In this document: positions 20,157 through 28,297 of the stretch, one piece after another
How the letters are laid out: every line of letters begins with the position of its first letter
How positions within the stretch are numbered: position 1 is the first letter of the stretch
IMG/VR virus record: IMGVR_UViG_3300029305_005184
DNA length: 64,000 bases
Reading direction: 5' to 3' (one strand)
From: an uncultured virus (IMG/VR IMGVR_UViG_3300029305_005184)
Taxonomy: Duplodnaviria > Heunggongvirae > Uroviricota > Caudoviricetes
Notes under the pieces: model-generated
Told to the model about the DNA's origin: nothing
The model's input: only the letters and a program-made list of their open reading frames with translations
Database searches by the model: none
Translations under genes and position numbers: made by a program

Positions 20157-20441
20157 CTACGCCGGATTTCTTTTTTGCGAAGTCTCCATTCGCGCCCGCC
20201 CATGCTGAACAAACTGCCGTTCAAATTCTGGCGTTGTGAAGCGGCGCGAGGTGGACTCGCTTTTTGCATCCAGCGACATGGCGTAGTTCTCAACACTGAC
20301 GGCGCGTAGCTCCTGATTAAGCTCCTGGACACGCCGCTGATAGTAGTTGCGTTCTTTTCTCAGAGAGCGATCCTTATCCCAGATCACAACCCTGTCCAAG
20401 ATGATCCCGATAGCAAGGGCAACAAAGTAACCGACGGGCAT
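20157..20441 (-). CDS. small membrane-anchored coiled-coil protein
   Basis: N-terminal TM segment; AGGAGG RBS. Confidence 0.65.
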   Translation of the reverse strand: MPVGYFVALAIGIILDRVVIWDKDRSLRKERNYYQRRVQELNQELRAVSVENYAMSLDAKSESTSRRFTTPEFERQFVQHGRARMETSQKRNPA

Positions 20442-20471
20442 ATACTTAACCTCCTGTCTTGCGAATGGCCG

Positions 20472-20777
20472 CTATGAATCGCGATGAACGTTGTATTTAC
20501 GCGGTCTTCCTCTTTTACGCGGCTTTTCCTGCTGCCGCTTATTCATGGCTGCATCAAACGCTTCCTCCTGCAGCTTCATTCTATACAAGTGGCCGTAGTG
20601 TTCTTCATACCACTTATTGAATCCGCTCTCCGATACCCTGATAAGACGCGATTGAGCTCGGATAGCATAACCTTTCGCAAGACATTCGTGCATGATGGTG
20701 TATGCCATATCTTTTTTGACATTGAGTATGTTCATGATGTCTCGCGCACTCAAATGTCTTTCCTCGCAAGCTGACAT
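20472..20777 (-). CDS. Excisionase-like HTH DNA-binding protein
   Basis: LSARDIMNILNVKKDMAY...IRVSE; C-terminal RKRGRPRK. Confidence 0.65.
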   Translation of the reverse strand: MSACEERHLSARDIMNILNVKKDMAYTIMHECLAKGYAIRAQSRLIRVSESGFNKWYEEHYGHLYRMKLQEEAFDAAMNKRQQEKPRKRGRPRKYNVHRDS

Positions 20778-20797
20778 AATCAGCCCTCCTTTGTAAT

Positions 20798-21274
20798 CTA
20801 CAAACCGTTTTTCTCAGCAAAAATCTGAAGTGCGCCTATCGCCTTTTTAAGTCCGCCGAGCTTTGTGACTATGCGCTGAAATTCCTCCATCTCGCTTTTA
20901 TCAACCGTTCCGTCTGCGGCAAAGAGCAAGAGCGTCTTAATGTCCTCGCCGACATCCGCGCTGTTGCAAAACAGACGGACGCTCAGCTGTTCCAAACTGG
21001 AGCATGCTGTCTGCGGAACGCGCCCTTTTCCGATGGGACACATCATTGCGCAGTAGTTCTGCAAAAGCTCCGGCGCACGGTATACCTGCGCCATTCGCCG
21101 GACGTTCATGTTGTTGGGCGTGGTTTCGTCGCGCTCCCAGCGGCCAATCGTTTCCGGCGTTGATATATCCATCTCCTCAGCGGCGCCGGCCAAAGTAGCA
21201 AGCCTTGCGTTGCTGGCGGATGCGTTCAATCGCGCTTCACGACACAGATCGCCGAAAGTTTTTCCCACATCCAT
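20798..21274 (-). CDS. XRE-family HTH protein (phage regulatory)
   Basis: AAEEMDISTPETIGRWERDETTP; YC..CPIG; AADG.VD..E. Confidence 0.75.
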   Translation of the reverse strand: MDVGKTFGDLCREARLNASASNARLATLAGAAEEMDISTPETIGRWERDETTPNNMNVRRMAQVYRAPELLQNYCAMMCPIGKGRVPQTACSSLEQLSVRLFCNSADVGEDIKTLLLFAADGTVDKSEMEEFQRIVTKLGGLKKAIGALQIFAEKNGL

Positions 21275-21335
21275 AAGCCTTTAATCCCTCCTGGAATTTG
21301 ATAAAATATACCTGTGATTGCTTGATTGCAAAGCC

Positions 21336-21575
21336 TTATTTCTTCGCGGCGACAGACACATGACTCTGAACATCCGATTGAACAAACCATTCAACGGGGA
21401 AATCCAGCAGCTTGGCAATTTTTACAGCCAGATCCAAAGATGGATTCTTGGTGCCGTAGATGATTTTCTGAAAATATTCAAGAGTAATGCCAACGGCGAT
21501 GGCTGCTTCGAGCTGCGTAAGTTTCTTATCCTTGCATCTTTCTTTCAGCCATTCACGAGGACCATAGTAGATCAT
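21336..21575 (-). CDS. Cro-like XRE HTH regulator
   Basis: LTQLEAAIAVGIT...GTKNPSLDLAVKIA; AGGAGG RBS. Confidence 0.85.
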   Translation of the reverse strand: MIYYGPREWLKERCKDKKLTQLEAAIAVGITLEYFQKIIYGTKNPSLDLAVKIAKLLDFPVEWFVQSDVQSHVSVAAKK

Positions 21576-21591
21576 TTTTACCTCCTTTCGC

Positions 21592-21620
21592 TAGACATAC
21601 ATCCCAACGGGATGTATAAT
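21592..21620 (+). promoter_or_regulatory. rightward promoter with palindromic spacer
   Basis: TAGACA-17 bp-TATAAT containing ACATCCC-AAC-GGGATGT. Confidence 0.55.
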
Positions 21621-21674
21621 ATAATAAGGTATAATTAGGCCGATTTTATAATCGGCCACAGCAAACCAACTTAG

Positions 21675-22349
21675 TCAGCTCACGAATGAAGTCAGCTCAT
21701 AGTCGTGTCCTTCGTAGCTGTAACCGAGAACATCAAAGCGCACATAATACCAATCCGAAGAACCGAAAATGGGGCGACGATCAATTTTTCTGCCGGTTTT
21801 TCGGACAGAACCCTTTCGGTTCACTTCTTCCTCGTCAATCTCGGTGATAATCTTGATGTCGGAAGTTCTGAAGCCATATTCCTTACCAACAAAGGCGATA
21901 GCTTCTTCCTCGGACATGTATCGGGCAACACCGTTCTTTGCAGCACTTTCTGCAAGACTGCGATAATCCGCGTTACTTACATTCTGCTTACACTCGAAAG
22001 GTTCCCAACCATCCACGGCATCCGAAAGCTCTTTCTGCAGCTTTTCAATCGTATCCTCAAGAACCTTGTTCTTCACTTTGAGGCTCTTGACTTCCTCGCG
22101 AAGCTGTACAACTTCTTTGGGCTCGACGATGTAGATGTTATAGGTATCACCGTTGGAAAGGTTGACTTCCAGACGAGCACACAGATCGCAGATGTAATCG
22201 TACCAGTGCCCCTCCGCAGTGCTGCGGTACACGGGATAGCCGGCGCGCTCACTGGTGGAATCGTCCTTTTCGTAATCGGTAGGAAAGAGGCTGTCTGCCA
22301 ATTCCCAGGCTTCTTTTACGCTGCTGACGGTAAAGACATCGTGCTTCAT
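21675..22349 (-). CDS. hypothetical phage protein (first gene of the leftward transcript)
   Basis: AAGGAG RBS, consensus promoter upstream, central coiled coil. Confidence 0.75.
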   Translation of the reverse strand: MKHDVFTVSSVKEAWELADSLFPTDYEKDDSTSERAGYPVYRSTAEGHWYDYICDLCARLEVNLSNGDTYNIYIVEPKEVVQLREEVKSLKVKNKVLEDTIEKLQKELSDAVDGWEPFECKQNVSNADYRSLAESAAKNGVARYMSEEEAIAFVGKEYGFRTSDIKIITEIDEEEVNRKGSVRKTGRKIDRRPIFGSSDWYYVRFDVLGYSYEGHDYELTSFVS

Positions 22350-22395
22350 GGTGTTTTTCTCCTTTGCAATACGTTCTGTTGGTTTGTATGTATGT

Positions 22396-22424
22396 ATTAT
22401 AGTCCATATTTGGATTTATGTCAA
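22396..22424 (-). promoter_or_regulatory. leftward promoter overlapping a TCCA-N4-TGGA operator
   Basis: Minus strand TTGACA-TAAATCCAAATATGGAC-TATAAT. Confidence 0.8.
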
Positions 22425-22473
22425 TACTAAAATACATATATGGATTTGATAAATTGTTACAAGGAGTGCTATT

Positions 22474-22845
22474 ATGTCCACATTTGGAGATAGAATTGTC
22501 GAGATGAGAACCGAATTGGGTATGCAGCAAGGAGAATTACGTGATACTGCTGGAATTAGAGGCTCGTTTTCTGAAATGGAACGGGGAAAGCGCAATCCAA
22601 CGTACCAAAATCTAATATCCATATGTGGATTTGCTGTAGACAGAGGATATAGATTAGAGTGGTTGCTATTAGGCAATCAACCCAAAAAGATAGAATCTGA
22701 AATTAAAGAAGATTGCAAGGAACTGATAGAAATTTTTAATTCACTCGATAGAAAAGGAAAAACTGCTGTTCTACATGAAGCAGATATACAACTGGAACGT
22801 GTAAAAACTGCGGGGGATAGTAGCATTACAAAAGAACAGGCATAA
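22474..22845 (+). CDS. CI-like XRE repressor
   Basis: FGDRIVEMR..LGMQQ..SEMERGKRNP..LEWLLLG; divergent from the leftward arm. Confidence 0.8.
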   Translation: MSTFGDRIVEMRTELGMQQGELRDTAGIRGSFSEMERGKRNPTYQNLISICGFAVDRGYRLEWLLLGNQPKKIESEIKEDCKELIEIFNSLDRKGKTAVLHEADIQLERVKTAGDSSITKEQA

Positions 22846-22907
22846 TTTCCGTCTGATTCAAGGAAAACTTGATAACGAAGAATAAGCAATACAAAGGAGC
22901 GTTTTGC

Positions 22908-24164
22908 ATGAAAAACGACAAGAATAACAATAAGAACCCCAACAAGAAGAAGCGTACAATCATAGCGATTCTGTGCATTATACTTGCTATAGGCTTTCCA
23001 CCGCTTATCGGTGTGTATGTGGTTGTAGCTTTAATCCTGCTTGTCCGCAAACTTCTTAAACGCCGCAAGGATCGGGCGCCAAAAATGCAAGGCTCTGACG
23101 TAGAGACAATAGCGGCCAACTCAGACGTAAGCATGGAATCCTTCGGTATTTACGCTCCGACTTATGTATTTTCAACCGTGGACGGCTATAAAGACAAGCT
23201 GAAGAACATCCGCGAGGCTCAGGCGTTGCTAATTAAGAACAAGACCGCCTGCACAGTGCCGACGAATTTCACCTTCAACAATAGTCAGGCCGAAGGAACG
23301 CGCGTGGTCAACGATTGGGTAAAGCTCATGCTCCGCGCTTTCAATGGCGAATGCGATGTGATTATTGACCGGGTATCCTATACCAACTTTGAATCCTCAA
23401 AACAGCGCATAGAAAAAAGCGCCGAGTCTATCAGCGCGATTGGAAAGCGTATGCAGATTTCTATCAATAGAAAGTACATTGATCTGAAACAGCAGGAATT
23501 GGTGGTCGCTTATGATTACCAGCAATTCAAGCAGGCAGAAAAAGAGCGCATCCGCCAGATCAGGGAGGAAGAACGCGAAAAGGCGAAGCTGGAAAAGGAG
23601 CTGGCCGACAGACGCGCCAAGATCGCAAAGGATCAATCTCACGTTCAGAATGAGATTGACAGCCTGACCGCACGAATCGAAGCGGCAGACGAAGCGGAGA
23701 AAGAGACCTTACAGGCGCGTATCCAAGAGCTTGAACAGCACCGCGCCAAGCTGGATGATGATATGCAGCAGGTCGCGCTGCGCGAACAGCAGGCAAAGGC
23801 CGGATATGTCTATGTTATCTCCAACATCGGTTCCTTTGGCGAAAATGTGTATAAGATCGGCATGACACGCCGCCTGGAACCGCAGGAACGCGTTGACGAG
23901 CTGGGTGACGCATCCGTACCTTTCCGCTTTGATGTACATGCCTTTATCTTCTCGGAGGATGCTGTCGGGTTGGAAACTGCCCTGCACAACGCTTTTGCAA
24001 GCAAGCGCGTCAACATGGTCAACCCCAGAAAGGAATTTTTCAACGTAACGCTTGGCGAGATCGAAGATTGCGTCAAACACAACTACGACGGTACTGCTGA
24101 ATTTACACAGACCGCCGTAGCTCAGGAATATAGGGAAACTCTCCAGCTGCGCAAGAGCGCGTAA
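22908..24164 (+). CDS. DUF4041 / T5orf172 (GIY-YIG-like) domain membrane protein
   Basis: N-terminal TM; LRAFNGECD; AGYVYVISNIGSFGENVYKIGMTRRLEPQERVDELGDASVPF. Confidence 0.9.
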   Translation: MKNDKNNNKNPNKKKRTIIAILCIILAIGFPPLIGVYVVVALILLVRKLLKRRKDRAPKMQGSDVETIAANSDVSMESFGIYAPTYVFSTVDGYKDKLKNIREAQALLIKNKTACTVPTNFTFNNSQAEGTRVVNDWVKLMLRAFNGECDVIIDRVSYTNFESSKQRIEKSAESISAIGKRMQISINRKYIDLKQQELVVAYDYQQFKQAEKERIRQIREEEREKAKLEKELADRRAKIAKDQSHVQNEIDSLTARIEAADEAEKETLQARIQELEQHRAKLDDDMQQVALREQQAKAGYVYVISNIGSFGENVYKIGMTRRLEPQERVDELGDASVPFRFDVHAFIFSEDAVGLETALHNAFASKRVNMVNPRKEFFNVTLGEIEDCVKHNYDGTAEFTQTAVAQEYRETLQLRKSA

Positions 24165-24167
24165 GCA

Positions 24168-24419
24168 TTAACTCTTTCTTATTCGCGGACGTCGCGGACC
24201 GCCCTTGCGAGGCTTTACATCAGAAAGTATAAATATGTCATCCCTCTCACAGCCAAGCAAGTATTTGATCTTAAGCGATACCGCAAAAGTTGGATTCTTG
24301 TGGCCTTCTTCGATCTGGGAATAATGGCTGCGCGATATACCGAGGCGTTCTGCGAAAGTTACCTGAGTGTACCCCATTTTTACGCGCAGTTCAATGAGTT
24401 TTTCTCTCATGGACACCAC
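24168..24419 (-). CDS. XRE HTH regulator (Cro-like)
   Basis: YTQVTFAERLGISRSHYSQIEEGHKNP. Confidence 0.85.
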   Translation of the reverse strand: MVSMREKLIELRVKMGYTQVTFAERLGISRSHYSQIEEGHKNPTFAVSLKIKYLLGCERDDIFILSDVKPRKGGPRRPRIRKS

Positions 24420-24447
24420 CTTGTTTCAAATTGAGGCTTTTATTTAG

Positions 24448-24477
24448 ATTATAGCCCCGATACGGGGCATTTGTCAA
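24448..24477 (-). promoter_or_regulatory. sigmaA promoter with embedded operator (copy 3)
   Basis: Minus strand TTGACA-AATGCCCCGTATCGGGGC-TATAAT (18 bp spacer), between two divergent HTH genes. Confidence 0.85.
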
Positions 24478-24488
24478 GCGAAAGGAAG

Positions 24489-24938
24489 ATGGACATGCTG
24501 AACACGCTGGAAACCTTTGGCGAACGCCTGCAAACCACACGAAAAGAGGCCGGAATGTCCCAAATGGCGTTGGCTGACAAATTGGGTATGCCCCGATCTA
24601 CAATTTCAGGCTATGAGACGGAAGGAAAAGAACCCCCGTATGCGGTGCTCTGCAAGCTGGCCGATGTATTGGGAGTTACTGTGGATTACCTGATCTGCCG
24701 TAACAATGATCGCTATGCTACGCAGGAATCGGTGTTGCTGGGCAGTTTGAAGGAATTGCAAAAGGATTATGATAAGGCGAGCCTTTGGACGAAACAGCGC
24801 ATTATCAATATACTGGATGATGTCTATACGATCATTGATTACGCGATCCAGAATCCCGGCTCACAGTACATGGATGCATGTGACGATTTTATTCGAGCAG
24901 CGCGACGGGTTATTGATCTGCAACGCAAACAGGAATGA
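24489..24938 (+). CDS. XRE HTH repressor (second CI/ImmR-like)
   Basis: FGERL..RKEAGMSQMALADKLGMPRSTISGYETEGKEP..LADVLGVTVDYL. Confidence 0.88.
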   Translation: MDMLNTLETFGERLQTTRKEAGMSQMALADKLGMPRSTISGYETEGKEPPYAVLCKLADVLGVTVDYLICRNNDRYATQESVLLGSLKELQKDYDKASLWTKQRIINILDDVYTIIDYAIQNPGSQYMDACDDFIRAARRVIDLQRKQE

Positions 24939-24946
24939 GGTAGCAC

Positions 24947-26224
24947 ATGGAAAAGAAACGCTGCCGTAAACGAAAGGGACAACGCAAGGACGGCACCTTT
25001 GCTGTATACGGCGACTATGGACGTGATGCCGAAGGAAAGCGTATACGCAAGACATTCTACGGCGAAACGCTGGAGGAAGCAAATTACAAGAAAGCTCAAT
25101 ACGAGCGTGATATTGCCGACGGCATGAGTGTGGATGCTCATAAGATGAATGTGTCTGAATGGTGCGACAGCTGGATGCGCGTCTACAAATCAAAGCTAAA
25201 AGGCACAAATCGGGTTTCATACGAAGCGAATGTCGCACGGCTCAAAGAGGACATCGGGCAGATGATGGTCAAAGATGTTCGCAACTATCATCTGCAAAAG
25301 TCGCTTAATAACATGGAGGGTATGTCCGAGAGCGCGATCAGCAAATACAAGATGGTAATCCAGCAGATATTCCGACGCGCCAAGCAAAATAAGATCATAC
25401 GCGACAATCCGGCCGAAGACCTCGACATTCCCGGAGGAACCAGCGGCGGACATCGCGCCCTTGAACGCTGGGAGGCCGACTTCATAATTGAGCATTACCA
25501 TCAGCATCGAGCTGGTCTTTGGATGATGCTCATGCTTCTTGCCGGTCTGCGCCGCAGCGAGATGATCGCACTTCAGTGGGATTGCGTTGATCTGGAAAAC
25601 AGAACCCTTCAAGTGCGCCGCGCTGCTGAGATCGTATCGAATCAGGCGGTTATAAAAGAATGGACAAAATCCGATGCAGGTCTGCGCATGCTCCCGATCT
25701 GCGATGCGCTTTATGTCGCCCTCAGCGCCATTCCTGAAAATTGTCGCAAAGGCCATGTATGCTTATCAGCAAACAATAAGCTGATCTCTCAATCTGCCTT
25801 TGATCGTGGCATGGACGGATTCAATCTTGCGATGGAACGTCTGCTCAACGACGAACCGCTTACACAACGAGGCCGCCGGACGGATGTTGAAAGAAAAAGA
25901 ACAACTAAAGCGAACAACATAACAACTAATACAACAACTGATGCAACAACAGAAGAAAGTATCGCAACAACAGAAGAAAAACTCCCGAAACGCAAGACTT
26001 TCTCTATCGAAGCTCACGATCTGCGATATACTTTTGCAACTGCATTGTATGACGCTGGAATTGATGTAAAATCAGCCCAGTACTACATGGGGCATAGCGA
26101 CATCCGTATGACAATGAATATCTACACGCAGCTCTCAAAGGAAAGAGAAAATCAGGCGCGTGCCGCAACGATAGAATTCCTCGATTCCTGGCTGCAAAAA
26201 GAGGCACCAAAGATGCAAAAATAA
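24947..26224 (+). CDS. int: Tyrosine integrase
   Basis: Arm-binding N-terminus; AGLRRSE, TKS, HDLRYTFAT, MGHSDIRMTMNIY. Confidence 0.95.
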   Translation: MEKKRCRKRKGQRKDGTFAVYGDYGRDAEGKRIRKTFYGETLEEANYKKAQYERDIADGMSVDAHKMNVSEWCDSWMRVYKSKLKGTNRVSYEANVARLKEDIGQMMVKDVRNYHLQKSLNNMEGMSESAISKYKMVIQQIFRRAKQNKIIRDNPAEDLDIPGGTSGGHRALERWEADFIIEHYHQHRAGLWMMLMLLAGLRRSEMIALQWDCVDLENRTLQVRRAAEIVSNQAVIKEWTKSDAGLRMLPICDALYVALSAIPENCRKGHVCLSANNKLISQSAFDRGMDGFNLAMERLLNDEPLTQRGRRTDVERKRTTKANNITTNTTTDATTEESIATTEEKLPKRKTFSIEAHDLRYTFATALYDAGIDVKSAQYYMGHSDIRMTMNIYTQLSKERENQARAATIEFLDSWLQKEAPKMQK

Positions 26225-26366
26225 CCATTTTCTGTGCTGTTGGCAGTAAAATGGCAGTAAAAAATAGGATTTTCACTTTGAGGATTTTGATCTGATGCTT
26301 TCAAACCCCTTGAAAATACGAGGTTTTGAGATGGTTTGGTTGTTCAGGAAATATCTTTTGATTTTC

Positions 26367-26414
26367 TGAATGGGGTTCAAGAGGCCGGAGGTTCGAATCC
26401 TCTCACCCAGACCA
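26367..26414 (+). other. att core: 3' part of tRNA-Pro(GGG)
   Basis: TGAATGGGGTTCAAGAGGCCGGAGGTTCGAATCCTCTCACCCAGACCA = anticodon arm, T arm, CCA; no 5' half. Confidence 0.85.
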
Positions 26415-26452
26415 AGTCGGTATGTAAGATTACATACCGACTCTTTTCTTTT
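26415..26452 (+). terminator. intrinsic terminator after the att core
   Basis: AGTCGGTATGTAA-GA-TTACATACCGACT followed by a T-rich tract. Confidence 0.8.
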
Positions 26453-26754
26453 ATACGACTTTTCATATGTCTTTTTGCCAAAATCCCGGAGAAAATCCGG
26501 GATTTTTTGCTTTTTCATATCAGATGTGTATGTAAACGACATGTTTTAGCTTTGTGCTGGTTTCCTTTATAAACAGAAATACTTTTCTATCTATTCGGAT
26601 AAGTCGGATAATTCTGTGCTGTTGGCAGTAAAATGGCAGTATAAGCAAATTACCCCTATCAAAACAAGCGGCAGTGTATGTGGCAGTATGCTTGGCAGTA
26701 GCAATTTTGTCCTATTTCCACAAAAGAAATCTGCGCACTGCCCTGTTTCGGGTC

Positions 26755-26783
26755 TTGACAATGCCCCATAAAGGGGCTATAAT
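26755..26783 (+). promoter_or_regulatory. sigmaA promoter with embedded operator (copy 4)
   Basis: TTGACA-ATGCCCCATAAAGGGGC-TATAAT. Confidence 0.88.
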
Positions 26784-26806
26784 AATCCCGTAAAGGAGCA
26801 ACACGA

Positions 26807-27313
26807 ATGAGTGAAGATTATAAGATGCTCAAAGAGCAGATTGCGGTGGAGACGAAGATCAAGTGCGAAGTCAGCGACACGATCTATGGATATTACCTGA
26901 AATCCCGCCCTCCGATGCCCGGATGCGCACCAACCGGCTATTTCGCTGCGGTATCTCTAAAGTATCAGACCTATCACCCGGAACTTTGCAGGTGCGTATG
27001 GGGCTGGATTGGTTACTCTCGCGCATTGTCACAAGAAGAAGTTGATCAATACGAGCTTTACCCGGACGAAAAGAATCCCGGCAATTACCGGCGATATGCG
27101 ATTGAAAAGGTAAGTATGAAGATTGAAAACGGCAAAAAGAAGATGTCGAGAGCGCTTGTTCGAGATGTTGAAGATATGCCGGTAACAACCTTCTACAAAG
27201 GCAAGGCCATTGAGATCATGACGGAGCTGAACGACCATGCTTGCAAGGAGCTCAACACGGCAACGAGCTTGACTAAGTATTTTGTAAAAGAAATCTATGA
27301 CGCGCAGCAATAA
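26807..27313 (+). CDS. hypothetical protein, possibly DarA-C (defence-against-restriction) related
   Basis: YYLKSRPPMPGCAP...WGWIGYSRALSQEEVDQYEL pattern; AAGGAG RBS. Confidence 0.45.
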   Translation: MSEDYKMLKEQIAVETKIKCEVSDTIYGYYLKSRPPMPGCAPTGYFAAVSLKYQTYHPELCRCVWGWIGYSRALSQEEVDQYELYPDEKNPGNYRRYAIEKVSMKIENGKKKMSRALVRDVEDMPVTTFYKGKAIEIMTELNDHACKELNTATSLTKYFVKEIYDAQQ

Positions 27314-27380
27314 TCTAAGAAGGAAAGATGTCGGGCACTCCAAGCCGAATTTGCGAGTTCGAGCCTCGTTTGCTGCACCA
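27304..27380 (+). tRNA. degenerate tRNA (irregular anticodon arm; TCC or CCA)
   Basis: Acceptor GCAGCAA/TTGCTGC + ACCA; D stem ATCT/AGAT; T arm GCGAG-TTCGAGC-CTCGT. Confidence 0.55.
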
Positions 27381-27537
27381 CCGTCATTGACGGCGCTGGG
27401 TCGCGCCCATCCGTAACCAGCCGGACGGAAAACAAACCGATAGAAATTGTGACACGCGGAGAGCGACGCGAAATAGTCCATAACGAGAGGACGCCCGCAG
27501 GAGCAGACACACTTCGTGAGGTGCAATCCTGCCTTGA

Positions 27538-27614
27538 AGGCCTTTAGCTCAGCTGGTCAGAGCGGCAGACTCATAATCTGCAAGTCTCGGGTTCGACCCC
27601 CGAAAGGCCCACCA
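27538..27614 (+). tRNA. tRNA-CAT (Met or Ile2)
   Basis: Full cloverleaf; GCAGA-CTCATAA-TCTGC; ends ACCA; A1:C72 mismatch. Confidence 0.88.
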
Positions 27615-27969
27615 GCCGGTAATGCTATGACCATCCTCGCAAGATAGAGAAAGGCGCGAGGCTGCCGAAAAAAGTCGGCACGACAAGCATTGACACCCGG
27701 AACAGACGGAGAGATCAGAAAGGAGGCGGACAGGTGTACGTTTGGATTATCGTTATAATTCTGCAGATTGCGCAGGCAAAAGCTGGCAAAATGCCCGATC
27801 TCTCGGAATTTCGCTTATCCGCAAAAACGAAATGGCATTCGTCCGCAACCGGCGTCTAAATATTTATAAAGCGTGCCAGCAATACGCATCGCAGATAGAC
27901 ATGTTCAAACACATTGACCGCTTTCGCCAAAAACGCGAGGCGAAAGCGGTTTTTCACAAAAGGCTCTGT

Positions 27970-28069
27970 GCAGATGTAGGTAACGCAAAGGTATGTGTTT
28001 TCCCTGCGAACCCATATATTTCACCTCCAGTCCCCTTTGCTGACGGTTCGATTCCGTTGATCTGCTCCC
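27970..28069 (+). ncRNA. tRNA-like structured RNA lacking canonical D and anticodon arms
   Basis: GCAGAT/ATCTGC acceptor-like stem; GACGG-TTCGATT-CCGTT T arm; long GCAAAGG/CCTTTGC helix. Confidence 0.5.
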
Positions 28070-28118
28070 CCTGGGCCGCCTTTACGCCATAATAAGGCGG
28101 CCTTTTATCATGCAATAT

Positions 28119-28193
28119 AGTGGCGTAGCCAAGCGGTAAGGCACCGGGTTTTGACCCCGGCATTCGTCGGTTCGAGTCCGGCCGCCACTGCCA
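28119..28193 (+). tRNA. tRNA-Gln(TTG)
   Basis: AGTGGCG/CGCCACT; CCGGG-TTTTGAC-CCCGG; GCCA end. Confidence 0.92.
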
Positions 28194-28218
28194 ATTCATA
28201 ATTTGATCCTTGCAGTAA

Positions 28219-28294
28219 CGGAGTGTAGCGCAGTTGGCAGCGCACGTGCTTTGGGAGCATGATGTCGCAGGTTCGATTCCTGTCACTCCGACCA
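28219..28294 (+). tRNA. tRNA-Pro(TGG)
   Basis: CGGAGTG/CACTCCG; CGTGC-TTTGGGA-GCATG; ACCA end. Confidence 0.93.
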
Positions 28295-28297
28295 CAA

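Larger units (their letters stand above)
26230..26700. other. attP-like region with arm-type repeats
   Basis: 30-bp perfect direct repeat TTCTGTGCTGTTGGCAGTAAAATGGCAGTA at 26230-26259 and 26612-26641; extra TGGCAGTA at 26681 and 26693; repeats flank a tRNA 3' fragment. Confidence 0.85.

Noticed and set aside
26367..26414. Functional tRNA-Pro(GGG)
   Set aside because: The 5' acceptor strand and D arm are absent; better explained as the att core
26336..26572. ORFs across the att region (also 26273..26542 minus)
   Set aside because: Spurious translations of a tRNA fragment and terminators
27954..28295. 113-aa minus-strand ORF
   Set aside because: Antisense translation of tRNA genes
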